A model generated the notes under the pieces. The model made no database searches. It was not told where the DNA came from and worked only from the letters and a program-made list of their open reading frames with translations. From Clostridiales bacterium (lineage in GTDB: Bacteria; Bacillota; Clostridia; Lachnospirales; JAISER01), in the NCBI GenBank assembly GCA_031263985.1, contig JAISER010000013.1:1-57768 (forward strand): a stretch of DNA of 57,768 nt. The letters run 5' to 3'. Every line of letters begins with the position of its first letter. The stretch's first letter is position 1. Shown here one piece after another: positions 8,185 through 16,488 of the stretch. A program made the position numbers and the translations under genes.

Positions 8185-9276
8185 ATGGGAAAAATTTTAG
8201 TATCTATAAAAGATAATGAGTATAATATATACATAGAAAAAAATTTCGAGTCCATAGCGAGGCGCATGAAGGAAGCCGGCGTTTTTGGCGTGAAGATGTG
8301 CGTTGTGACCGACAGCGTCGTAAACGGTCTTTACGCTGACGAGCTGGAGAGAGAACTAAACGACGTCGCGACGGACGTCCGCCGTTTTGTTTTCCCGGCG
8401 GGCGAGGCGAGCAAAACGCTGAGCGTAGTTTCGGATATGTATGAATTTTTTTTGGCGAATAGGTTGGACAGGCGTTCGGCGGTAGTGGCTCTGGGCGGAG
8501 GCGTATGCGGCGACATGGCGGGCTTCGCGGCGGCCACGTATATGCGCGGCGTACGCTTCGTTCAAGTTCCGACGACGCTTCTTTCTCAAGTTGACAGCGG
8601 CGTCGGCGGCAAAACGGGCGTTGATTTCGCAGAGCGTAAAAATATTATAGGCGCGTTTTATCAACCGAAATTGACGTATATTAACGTATCGACGCTGGAT
8701 TCGCTGCCCGGCGCGCAGTTAGCGTCGGGGATAGGAGAAGCCATAAAGCATGGGCTTATAGCGGACGCGGGTTATTTTTCGTTTATAAGAGATAGCGCGA
8801 GAAAGATTAAAGAGCGTGAAAAAGACGCGCTTATGAAGCTTGTGGAGCGTTCATGCGAAATTAAAGCGAAAATTGTGTCCAAGGACGAAAAAGAGTCTGA
8901 TCTTCGCGCTATACTTAACTTTGGACATACGGTTGGTCACGCTATAGAGGCGCTCAAGAACTTTAAGCTTGCGCACGGGCATTGCGTCGCGATAGGTTGT
9001 TTGGCCGCGTTGCGCTTGTCATGCGAAAAAGGCGGCGTAAGCGACCGGGAAGTTGACGCCGCGGCTGATTTGTTCCGCTTTTTCGATTTGCCGGTTTCAT
9101 TTTCGGGCATTGATGAACGCGACGTCTATGAGGCGGCGACATATGATAAAAAAGCCGTAGACGGAGCGATCAACATGATTTTGCTCGAAAAGATCGGCAA
9201 AGCCCGAGTGTACGAAAAAACGCCGTTCGAAGATATAATATACGCCATATCGGCGGTAAAGGAGCCTGAAAAATGA
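8185..9276 (+). CDS. aroB: 3-dehydroquinate synthase
   Basis: 363-aa ORF with AroB-like nucleotide/metal-binding regions (GGGVCGDMAGFAAATYMRG, GHTVGHAIE). Confidence 0.92.
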   Translation: MGKILVSIKDNEYNIYIEKNFESIARRMKEAGVFGVKMCVVTDSVVNGLYADELERELNDVATDVRRFVFPAGEASKTLSVVSDMYEFFLANRLDRRSAVVALGGGVCGDMAGFAAATYMRGVRFVQVPTTLLSQVDSGVGGKTGVDFAERKNIIGAFYQPKLTYINVSTLDSLPGAQLASGIGEAIKHGLIADAGYFSFIRDSARKIKEREKDALMKLVERSCEIKAKIVSKDEKESDLRAILNFGHTVGHAIEALKNFKLAHGHCVAIGCLAALRLSCEKGGVSDREVDAAADLFRFFDLPVSFSGIDERDVYEAATYDKKAVDGAINMILLEKIGKARVYEKTPFEDIIYAISAVKEPEK

Positions 9277-9761
9277 TTATAATCGATGTTTTGGCGCTGG
9301 CGGCGCTCATAGCCGTTGATCAGGTCACCAAATTTTTAGCGTTAAAATATTTGGCGCCCGTTGAGTCCGTGACGGTCATAGAAGGACTGCTTGACTTAGC
9401 TTTTGTGCGCAACAATGGCGCCGCGTTCGGTCTGTTTCAAGGCGCGCGTTGGTTCTTCATAGGCTTAGCCGTTTTAATTATAGGCGCGATAGTCTACTAT
9501 TATTTAAAGAACCGTAAGAACGAAAACTTTACTTTCGTCAGAATATCTCTTCTTTTAATTACTTCGGGCGCGATAGGCAACTTTATCGACCGTTTCGCCA
9601 CGGGTTATGTGGTTGATTTTTTTAATGTGAGATTTATACAGTTTCCGGTTTTTAACGTCGCTGACATATATATAGTAGTTGGAACTATAATGCTTATCGT
9701 GTACATCGTATTTTTTATGAAGGGAAAAGAGCCGGACGCGAAAGACGGCGTTAAGGCGTGA
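9273..9761 (+). CDS. lspA: Lipoprotein signal peptidase (signal peptidase II)
   Basis: 4-TM protein with LspA motifs (NNGAAFG, FIDR, FNVADIYIVVG). ATGA overlap with aroB. Confidence 0.92.
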   Translation: MIIIDVLALAALIAVDQVTKFLALKYLAPVESVTVIEGLLDLAFVRNNGAAFGLFQGARWFFIGLAVLIIGAIVYYYLKNRKNENFTFVRISLLLITSGAIGNFIDRFATGYVVDFFNVRFIQFPVFNVADIYIVVGTIMLIVYIVFFMKGKEPDAKDGVKA

Positions 9762-10666
9762 TTATGTCGCGGATATGTGGCGAGCGCGATATTGACGCGC
9801 GTCTGGATGTTTTTTTGAGTTCCGAGAAAGGCGCATTTTCACGGAACGCTGTTCAGAAGTTTGTCGAAAAAGGGCTGGTTTTTGTGAACGGGAAGCCGGC
9901 TAAATCTAATTATAGGTTAAAAGAGGGCGATGTCGTGGAGTTTTCCCCTCCGCCGCCCGTTGAGCTTGACGCGAAGCCTCAGGATATTCCGCTTGAAATC
10001 GTTTATGAAGACGACGCTCTCATTGTCGTGGACAAACCAAAAGGGTTGGTTGTGCATCCGGCGGCGGGTCACAAAGATGGCACGCTTGTAAATGGTCTTT
10101 TGTTCAGTTGTGGAGGTCTTTCGGGCATAAATGGAGTTACGCGCCCTGGCATAGTGCACAGGATTGATAAAGACACGTCGGGGCTGTTGGTAGTCGCTAA
10201 GACCGATGCCGTCCATATGGATCTTTGCGCCCAATTCGCGGAGCATTCGGTGAAGAGAGCGTATAAGGCGATCGCGCGCGGCTCGTTTAAGGAGGATGAA
10301 GGCGTTATAGACGCGCCTATAGGACGTTGTCCGCGCGATAGAAAAAAAATGGCCGTCAATTTTAAAAATGGCAAGAGAGCTGTTACGCGATACGTCGTTC
10401 TGGAGCGCTTGGGGCGACGCTTCACGTATATTGAGGCGCGGCTGGAAACTGGGCGTACACATCAAATTCGCGTTCACATGGCTCATGTAGGTCGTCCGCT
10501 GTTAGGCGACAATGTCTACGGAAGCGGGCGCCAGGATATATGCGGTCAGACGCTGCACGCGGGCGTTTTGGGATTTACGCACCCGGTTACAGGGAAGCGA
10601 ATGGAGTTTGAGTCGGATTTGCCGAAATATTTTACAAATATACTAAAGAGACTTCGCGCGAATTAA
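9758..10666 (+). CDS. rluD: RluA-family 23S rRNA pseudouridine synthase (RluD-like)
   Basis: N-terminal S4-like domain plus catalytic motif HRIDKDTSGLLVVAK. GTG 9758 overlaps the lspA stop, and ATG 9764 is an alternative start. Confidence 0.9.
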   Translation: MIMSRICGERDIDARLDVFLSSEKGAFSRNAVQKFVEKGLVFVNGKPAKSNYRLKEGDVVEFSPPPPVELDAKPQDIPLEIVYEDDALIVVDKPKGLVVHPAAGHKDGTLVNGLLFSCGGLSGINGVTRPGIVHRIDKDTSGLLVVAKTDAVHMDLCAQFAEHSVKRAYKAIARGSFKEDEGVIDAPIGRCPRDRKKMAVNFKNGKRAVTRYVVLERLGRRFTYIEARLETGRTHQIRVHMAHVGRPLLGDNVYGSGRQDICGQTLHAGVLGFTHPVTGKRMEFESDLPKYFTNILKRLRAN

Positions 10667-10692
10667 CGCTATCATAAATTATTAAAAAAACA

Positions 10693-10721
10693 TTGCGCTG
10701 TAAATTTAATTATTGTATACT
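10693..10721 (+). promoter_or_regulatory. Sigma-A promoter of the aroF-pheA leader
   Basis: TTGCGC (10693-10698), 17-nt spacer ending in TG, TATACT (10716-10721), i.e. an extended -10. Confidence 0.55.
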
Positions 10722-10758
10722 GGGCAAATGTTATAGATTACGACTACGGAGATTTGTG

Positions 10759-10881
10759 ATGCGCGGACAAAAAACAAGAGCGTCTTTTTGGTTTAGCTTT
10801 AGCCGCGGCCTTTTGGCCGACGGCTTGTTTACATGTTTAAAACCGAAAAAAAGCGCCCAAGCTTTTCTACTCCGTCCGTAA
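10759..10881 (+). CDS. Candidate leader peptide (40 aa) with an F-W-F-S-F cluster
   Basis: ATG 7 nt after GGAG. Encodes MRGQKTRASFWFSFSRG...; the aromatic codons at 10786-10800 are followed directly by a hairpin (10801-10826). Lies between the promoter and the terminator upstream of aromatic-amino-acid genes. Hypothetical. Confidence 0.3.
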   Translation: MRGQKTRASFWFSFSRGLLADGLFTCLKPKKSAQAFLLRP

Positions 10882-10923
10882 TTACGTTTTAACGCGCTCA
10901 GCCGCGAATAAACGCCATATATT

Positions 10924-10953
10924 CGGGAAGGTGAAAAGCCTTCCCGTTTTTTT
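10924..10953 (+). terminator. Intrinsic terminator / attenuator upstream of aroF
   Basis: cgggaagg-tgaaaag-ccttcccg followed by T7. The upstream cgaata...tattcggg can pair with the 5' arm as an alternative, antiterminator-like helix. Confidence 0.7.
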
Positions 10954-11003
10954 ATGAAAAAAACGTTTGAAAGATCCATATGCGTCAGGCGTGGGAGGAT
11001 GGC

Positions 11004-12014
11004 ATGATTATAGTTTTGAAAGACGGCGCGGATCCGGGGCAAGTCGAAAGATTGTCTGAGGATCTTGTCGAAAAAGGCGTAAAGCTGTATGAGATACAAG
11101 GCGTGAGCGCAAAGGTTATAGGCGTTGTCGGGGATACGTCGCTTCTGTCCGCTGACGTTCTGATGATGAACGAGTGCGTGTCTAAAGTATTGAAGGTGCA
11201 GGAACCGTATAAGCTTGCGGGGAGGAGGTTTAATCCGGAAAGCGCTGTCGTTGACGTGAACGGCGCGAAGATAGGCGGCGGTGAATTCGCTGTAATGGCC
11301 GGGCCGTGTTCCGTTGAAAGCGAGGATCAAATCTTGTCTATAGCCAAAGACGTGAAGATATCGGGCGCTAAGTTTTTGCGCGGCGGGGCTTTCAAACCGC
11401 GCACGTCGCCTTACGCTTTTCAGGGCATGGGCATGGAAGGGTTGGAGCTGTTGAAGATGGCGCGCGAAAAGACCGGCCTGCCTATCGTTACGGAGATTAT
11501 GTCGGAAAGGCATATCGATGTTTTCGCGCGCGATGTCGATGTAATACAGGTCGGCGCGAGAAATATGCAAAACTTCAACTTATTAAAAGCGATTGGTGAG
11601 ACCGGCAAGACGATATTGCTCAAACGCGGCTTGTCGTCCACTATAAACGAGCTTTTGACGGCGGCCGAATACGCGCTTTTACGCGGCGAAAGCCAGGTTA
11701 TACTTTGCGAGCGCGGCATACGCACATTCGAGACGGCCACGCGAAACACGCTGGACTTGTCAGCCATTCCCGTTTTAAAAGAAAAGTCTCATTTGCCCGT
11801 AATAGCGGACCCTTCGCACGGCGTCGGATATTGGAATTATGTGAGCGCCATGTCGCTCGCCGCCGTAGCCGCGGGAGCCGACGGGCTGATAATAGAGGTC
11901 CACAATTGTCCGGATAAAGCGCTTTGCGACGGCGCGCAGTCTATCACTCCGCACTTATTTGAAAAGCTTATGAAAAAAATCGCTAAGGTACGTGAGGTTA
12001 TTACGGAAGAATAG
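11004..12014 (+). CDS. aroF: 3-deoxy-7-phosphoheptulonate (DAHP) synthase, type I-beta with N-terminal regulatory domain
   Basis: The start MIIVLKDGADP... resembles the ferredoxin-like regulatory domain of Thermotoga-type DAHPS. The catalytic barrel is KDO8PS/DAHPS-like (GPCSVES, KPRTSPY, DPSH). ATG 11004 sits behind GGGAGGA, and the longer ORF start at 10980 is unlikely. Confidence 0.9.
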   Translation: MIIVLKDGADPGQVERLSEDLVEKGVKLYEIQGVSAKVIGVVGDTSLLSADVLMMNECVSKVLKVQEPYKLAGRRFNPESAVVDVNGAKIGGGEFAVMAGPCSVESEDQILSIAKDVKISGAKFLRGGAFKPRTSPYAFQGMGMEGLELLKMAREKTGLPIVTEIMSERHIDVFARDVDVIQVGARNMQNFNLLKAIGETGKTILLKRGLSSTINELLTAAEYALLRGESQVILCERGIRTFETATRNTLDLSAIPVLKEKSHLPVIADPSHGVGYWNYVSAMSLAAVAAGADGLIIEVHNCPDKALCDGAQSITPHLFEKLMKKIAKVREVITEE

Positions 12015-12031
12015 ATTTGGGAGGGATTTTT

Positions 12032-13156
12032 ATGGAAGCGAACGAAAAATTGGGACCCCTGCGAGACCGGATAGACAAAATAGACGATAGTTTATTGAGT
12101 CTTATAAAAAAGCGCAATTCAGCGGTGGAGGAAGTCGCGGCGGTGAAGCGCGATTACAACATACCCATATTTGACGCCGACAGAGAGTGGGAGATTATTG
12201 ACCGCGTTTCGTCGCGCGTCGAAGATGACATGAAAGCGGATGTATCGCTTTTAATTCGCACGATATTCGCGTTATCGAAGATTCGCCAAAGACGCGCGCT
12301 GTTTACGAACGAGCCTCCGCTTCTGCCGCCTCCGCGCGCGCGGAAAAAAGACGATGTTACATGCGCGTTTCAAGGGCTGCCGGGCGCGTGGAGCGAACAC
12401 GCGCTGGCAAAGCTTTTTCCGGCGGCAAAAAGGATTTCAGGCGAATATTTTGAGGATATATTCATAGCCGTTAAAAACGGAACGGCGGATTACGGCGTGG
12501 TGGCTATTGAAAATTCGCAAACGGGCGCTATAGGCGAAACATATGATCTGTTGCGCAAGTACGGCTGCTTTGTCGTTGGACGGGCTTGGGTCGAAATAAA
12601 GCATTGCCTTATGGCGCCTAAAGGCGTTAAAATGTCTGATATACGAGAGGTTATATCCCATCCGGAAGGATTTAAGCAGTGCCGCGATTTTTTGCGCGAC
12701 AAACCGTGGGAACTTGTTTCTTGCCGAAATACGGCCGTGGCGGCGAAACGCGCCGCGGACTCGCGAACGGGCAAGACGGCGGCCATAGGGTCACGTCTTG
12801 CCGCTGAGCATAACGAACTCGAAATATTGGCGAAAGACATAAGCGATTCCGATAAAAACAAAACGTCGTTCGTCGTCATAGCGCTTGAACCGGAATACGA
12901 TGAAGACAGCGACACCGTTTCAATATCGTTTTCTACGGCTCACCGAAGCGGCGCGCTGTGCGAAACGCTTATGCCTTTTCTCGCTCAGGGGATAAATCTG
13001 GAACGCATAGAGTCGCGCCCCGCTACAGGAGGAAATTACCGTTTTTTCGCTGATTTAAAAGGCAATATATTAGATACAAATGTAACGCGCGGCTTGAAAT
13101 GCGCAGCCGCCGCGTGCGGATATTTTGAAGTTATCGGTTGCTATAAGGGTGAATGA
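12032..13156 (+). CDS. pheA: Bifunctional chorismate mutase / prephenate dehydratase (P-protein)
   Basis: N-terminal CM helix (LRDRIDKIDDSLLSLIKKRN), PDT domain (CAFQGLPGAWSEHA) and C-terminal ACT domain. ATG 12032 sits behind GGGAGGG. Confidence 0.9.
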   Translation: MEANEKLGPLRDRIDKIDDSLLSLIKKRNSAVEEVAAVKRDYNIPIFDADREWEIIDRVSSRVEDDMKADVSLLIRTIFALSKIRQRRALFTNEPPLLPPPRARKKDDVTCAFQGLPGAWSEHALAKLFPAAKRISGEYFEDIFIAVKNGTADYGVVAIENSQTGAIGETYDLLRKYGCFVVGRAWVEIKHCLMAPKGVKMSDIREVISHPEGFKQCRDFLRDKPWELVSCRNTAVAAKRAADSRTGKTAAIGSRLAAEHNELEILAKDISDSDKNKTSFVVIALEPEYDEDSDTVSISFSTAHRSGALCETLMPFLAQGINLERIESRPATGGNYRFFADLKGNILDTNVTRGLKCAAAACGYFEVIGCYKGE

Positions 13157-13189
13157 CGCGCGTGACGGAAGGGAAACTTTATAATTGAT

Positions 13190-13266
13190 TATCCAATCGT
13201 TTCAATAAGCCGCGCGAACGCGCGGCGCGGAGTCCCAAGGTCTTTATGACTTGTTTGGATAGTCAT
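13190..13266. repeat. Dispersed intergenic repeat (same family as 29980..30093 and 57744..57768)
   Basis: tatccaatcgtttca..aagccgcgcgaacgcgcggcg..ggagtcccaaggtctttatgacttgtttggatagtcat. Shares the ggagtcccaaggtct end with the mosaic family. Confidence 0.85.
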
Positions 13267-13295
13267 CTTTTATAATTCAGATTCGCCGCGTTTTA

Positions 13296-13324
13296 TTTAC
13301 AGGGGTATGATATGCTGATATAAT
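13296..13324 (+). promoter_or_regulatory. Sigma-A promoter upstream of the lipoprotein gene
   Basis: TTTACA (13296-13301), 17 nt, TATAAT (13319-13324). The -10 is embedded in the hairpin gctgatat...atatcagc. Confidence 0.45.
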
Positions 13325-13425
13325 GACATATCATATCAGCAAATATACGACGGCGAACAGCGTGTCAGGAATAATCAAGAAACGCGAGACGCGCGTGCCA
13401 CACTAATTTTTTTCGGAGGGCGCTT

Positions 13426-14202
13426 ATGAAAAGAATGTTTTTGTTGGTTTTAACGGCGTTTGTTTTATGTTCATGCGCTAAGAGCGCTGATAAGGGAGTC
13501 GCCCAAGCGGGGGCGGACGGCGCTGAAAGCGCGAGCGAACTAACGCCGGAAGCTCTGGAAGCCGTAAAAAAGTTCGGAATATCAGACGAAGATTTGTCTA
13601 GATACAGCTGGAAAAGAGAGACGTATTTCGGCGAGAGTTTGTTCACCGGCAGTTTGAACGACGACTCGCGAGAAGCCGCCGTTCGGGTTCCCTTGATGGC
13701 GGTGCGCGAAGATGGCGAGCGCATGTATGTGATCGAAAACACGAGCGGTCAAGGGTCGAGTTATCCTATAATAAAGATGACTGAAATATATCCGTCGATT
13801 TTAGTGGACGCTCTTAATGACGTTGAAAAAAAGCTGGGCTGGATAGCCTTTAAGGAACCTGAAAATATCGCCGCTATGGACGACTTGAAGAAGCTGCTGT
13901 CGGAAACGTTTACGCCGGATTTCGCCAACGAACTGACGGAAAAGGCCAGAAGCGTTTACAGTAAGGGCGAAGACGGGTTTTACCGGCTTACTCAAGCGTC
14001 AGGCAGATATAACAACATAGGCGATCGCAAGATTGAGCAAGTTGAAAGTTCCGACGACACAATAATATACCGCGTGACCGTCGAAACGTTCGACAGCAAT
14101 AATATGGAGGAATACGTTCCGGACGAATTAAAGACTTACGATTACGTTAAGAGGAATATTGACGGTAAATGGCTGTTTGACAGATGCGAGCTTTACTATT
14201 AG
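13426..14202 (+). CDS. Hypothetical lipoprotein
   Basis: Signal peptide MKRMFLLVLTAFVLCSC with a lipobox-like Cys, and RBS GGAGGG upstream. No family recognised. Confidence 0.7.
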   Translation: MKRMFLLVLTAFVLCSCAKSADKGVAQAGADGAESASELTPEALEAVKKFGISDEDLSRYSWKRETYFGESLFTGSLNDDSREAAVRVPLMAVREDGERMYVIENTSGQGSSYPIIKMTEIYPSILVDALNDVEKKLGWIAFKEPENIAAMDDLKKLLSETFTPDFANELTEKARSVYSKGEDGFYRLTQASGRYNNIGDRKIEQVESSDDTIIYRVTVETFDSNNMEEYVPDELKTYDYVKRNIDGKWLFDRCELYY

Positions 14203-14214
14203 ATTGGGCGTGAT

Positions 14215-14265
14215 GCTGAACTCAGTTTGAAACCCCGGCGTGAAACGGTTTAGACTGAGTTCAGC
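14215..14265. repeat. Long hairpin repeat (gctgaactcag...ctgagttcagc); probable terminator-like element
   Basis: Arms are 17 nt (16 pair, one internal mismatch), containing a perfect 11-bp gctgaactcag/ctgagttcagc block. Related copy at 54641..54704 has its inner segment in the opposite orientation. Confidence 0.8.
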
Positions 14266-14335
14266 GTTAGTTTTTATCGACGCGATATCGTTATTTTTAT
14301 GCGGATTATATACGTTTGAAAGAGGGTTTGACGTT

Positions 14336-14878
14336 ATGCGTGGCGTTACAAAGACAAGAGCGCTGACCGCGTGCGCGATGTTCGCCGCTTTTACAGCGGT
14401 TTTTTCGCAAATATCGATTCCCATAGGGCCTGTGCCGATAAACCTCGCGACGCTTTCAGTTCTTATGGCCGGAGGACTTTTAGGCGCGCGGGGCGGGGCT
14501 TGCAGTCAAATTATATTTTTGCTGACAGGAGCGGCGGGCGCGCCTGTTTTCAGCGGTTTCAGAGGTGGCTTCTCGGCGCTGGCCGGGCCTACCGGAGGTT
14601 ACATAGTTGGCTACGTTTTGGCCGCGTGGTTTACCGGGTTTTTCTATCAAAAGCGTAAAACTACAGGCGCGCTTGTCTTTGGCATGATCGTGGGTTCGAT
14701 GACGTGCTACGCGTTTGGGTTGGCATGGTTTATGATAGTCACGTCAAACGATTTTTTAAGATCGATATCCGCTTGCGTAATTCCGTTTTTGCCGGGGGAC
14801 GCGCTCAAAATAACCGCCGCGGCTTTGTTGTCGCCGCGGTTAAGCCGCGCCGCTCAAGGTAATTTAAATATATTATGA
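14336..14878 (+). CDS. bioY: Biotin transporter BioY (ECF S-component)
   Basis: Typical BioY sequence (FSQISIPIGPVPINLATLSVLMAG, GPTGGYIVGY, LPGDALK). Start moved to ATG 14336, giving ~180 aa. Confidence 0.88.
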   Translation: MRGVTKTRALTACAMFAAFTAVFSQISIPIGPVPINLATLSVLMAGGLLGARGGACSQIIFLLTGAAGAPVFSGFRGGFSALAGPTGGYIVGYVLAAWFTGFFYQKRKTTGALVFGMIVGSMTCYAFGLAWFMIVTSNDFLRSISACVIPFLPGDALKITAAALLSPRLSRAAQGNLNIL

Positions 14879-14897
14879 AATACAGGGAAGGAACGCT

Positions 14898-16079
14898 ATG
14901 TTAAATTTTGAGTTAAACTTGCCTACCAAAATATTGTTTGGAAGGGGTTCTCAGCGCCTTATAGGCGAAGCCGTGAAACCGTTCGCGAAAAAGATACTTT
15001 TACATTATGGCGGCGGCAGCGTCAAAAAGAATGGGATTTATGACGACGTTACGCGATCGCTTAGGGAAAGCGGCGTTGAGTTCGTGGAACTGGGCGGAGT
15101 CGCGCCGAATCCGCGATTGTCTCTGGTGTACGAAGGCATAAAACTTGTTAAAGATGAAAATGTGGAGCTTGCGCTCGCCGTGGGCGGCGGCAGCGTTATT
15201 GACTCCGCTAAAGCTATAGCTATGGGCGCGCTTTATGACGGAGACGTATGGGACATCTATGAAAAAGGCGTCGCGGTCGATAAAACGCTTCCGGTCGCTA
15301 CTGTTTTGACTATACCGGCGGCGGGCAGCGAAGCCAGTCCGTCAAGCGTTATAACGAACGAGAAAAAGAAACTCAAACTTGGGTATACTAACGAAATAAC
15401 CCGTCCGGTAGTAAGCTCCGTAAATCCTGAGCATTTCTTCACTCTTCCGAAAAATCAGATGGCTAACGGCGTGTCTGATATGATGAGTCATATATTTGAG
15501 CGATATTTTACAAGAACGCTTAATACCGATTTGACTGACGCGCTTTGTGAAGCTACCTTGCGAGTGATCATGAGAAATGCTCTTATATTGGTCGAAAATA
15601 GCGAAAACTATGAAGCGTGGAGTGAAATAGGGTTTTGCGGGACAGTGGCGCATAACAATTCGCTTGGGCTTGGGCGCGAGCAAGATTGGGCGTCACATGG
15701 CATGGAACACGAATTGAGCGCGATTTATGATGTGGCGCACGGGGCGGGGCTTGCCGTCGTTACGCCAGGATGGATGAGATATGTATGCGATACGGATATA
15801 AATTCGTTTGTACGGTTCGCTGTAAAAGTTATGGGCGTGGATGGTGATTTCCGTGACCCGAACGCCATAGCTTCGGAAGGAATAAAACGCCTTCAGGAGT
15901 TTTATAAGAAATTGGGGCTTCCGTCTACCATTATGGAATTGGGAATAGATGATAAGAATCTGGAAATTATGGCTAAAAAAGCGACTCGGGCCTCTTTTGG
16001 CGAGGAAACGCCTATCGGGAATTTCCGAAAATTGCGCTGGCTTGACGTTTTCGCGATATATAAGTCGGTGTTCCAGTAA
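14898..16079 (+). CDS. Iron-containing (group III) alcohol dehydrogenase, butanol-dehydrogenase/YqhD-like
   Basis: 393 aa with GGGSVIDSAKAIA and His-rich metal-site motifs of Fe-ADH. Confidence 0.88.
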   Translation: MLNFELNLPTKILFGRGSQRLIGEAVKPFAKKILLHYGGGSVKKNGIYDDVTRSLRESGVEFVELGGVAPNPRLSLVYEGIKLVKDENVELALAVGGGSVIDSAKAIAMGALYDGDVWDIYEKGVAVDKTLPVATVLTIPAAGSEASPSSVITNEKKKLKLGYTNEITRPVVSSVNPEHFFTLPKNQMANGVSDMMSHIFERYFTRTLNTDLTDALCEATLRVIMRNALILVENSENYEAWSEIGFCGTVAHNNSLGLGREQDWASHGMEHELSAIYDVAHGAGLAVVTPGWMRYVCDTDINSFVRFAVKVMGVDGDFRDPNAIASEGIKRLQEFYKKLGLPSTIMELGIDDKNLEIMAKKATRASFGEETPIGNFRKLRWLDVFAIYKSVFQ

Positions 16080-16105
16080 GCGGACGCCTATGACTAATGT
16101 TCAAA

Positions 16106-16157
16106 GAAACTTTTCTGGGCGGCTGTAAGCCGCCCAGAAAAGTTTCCGCCGCGTTTT
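16106..16157 (+). terminator. Strong hairpin terminator after the ADH gene
   Basis: gaaacttttctgggcggc-tgtaa-gccgcccagaaaagtttc (18-bp stem), followed by a short T run. Confidence 0.7.
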
Positions 16158-16488
16158 TAAGGTTTTAAGTAAAAAATAAAAAGCGTTATTTTTTATTAAT
16201 ATTTTCATCTTTGTAATCCCGGCGCCTTTTCATTGTCTTATATTTCGCTCACTTTTTCTTTGAAATGACCTCGTTAGTTATCGCAAATTACCCTGTTTCA
16301 AAAGCGACTCCTTATCGCCCATTGGCGTTTCTCGCCGATTTTACCCATTTTTAATGCATTTTTAATCGATTGATCGTAATACAATATTGATAAAATAACG
16401 TATATGACCATTAGAGATATTACAGGAGGATACCGATTAAGGGGATAACGTCCGCAATGTTTATTCAAAAATAATGGAGGAGTTGTTC

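Noticed and set aside
10722-10953. T-box riboswitch upstream of aroF-pheA
   Set aside because: A terminator is present, but I could not find the conserved T-box sequence (GGUGGUACCGCG-like), an AG bulge/GNUGGNA-type distal loop or a specifier-loop layout. The leader-peptide model fits better but remains unproven.
16160-16488. Possible regulator-binding palindromes or promoter upstream of the RND adaptor gene (atcgattgatcg, ttgatc..taaaat)
   Set aside because: Spacing to a -10 is non-canonical (15-16 nt) and no TetR/MarR-type regulator gene is adjacent. This is too weak to annotate.
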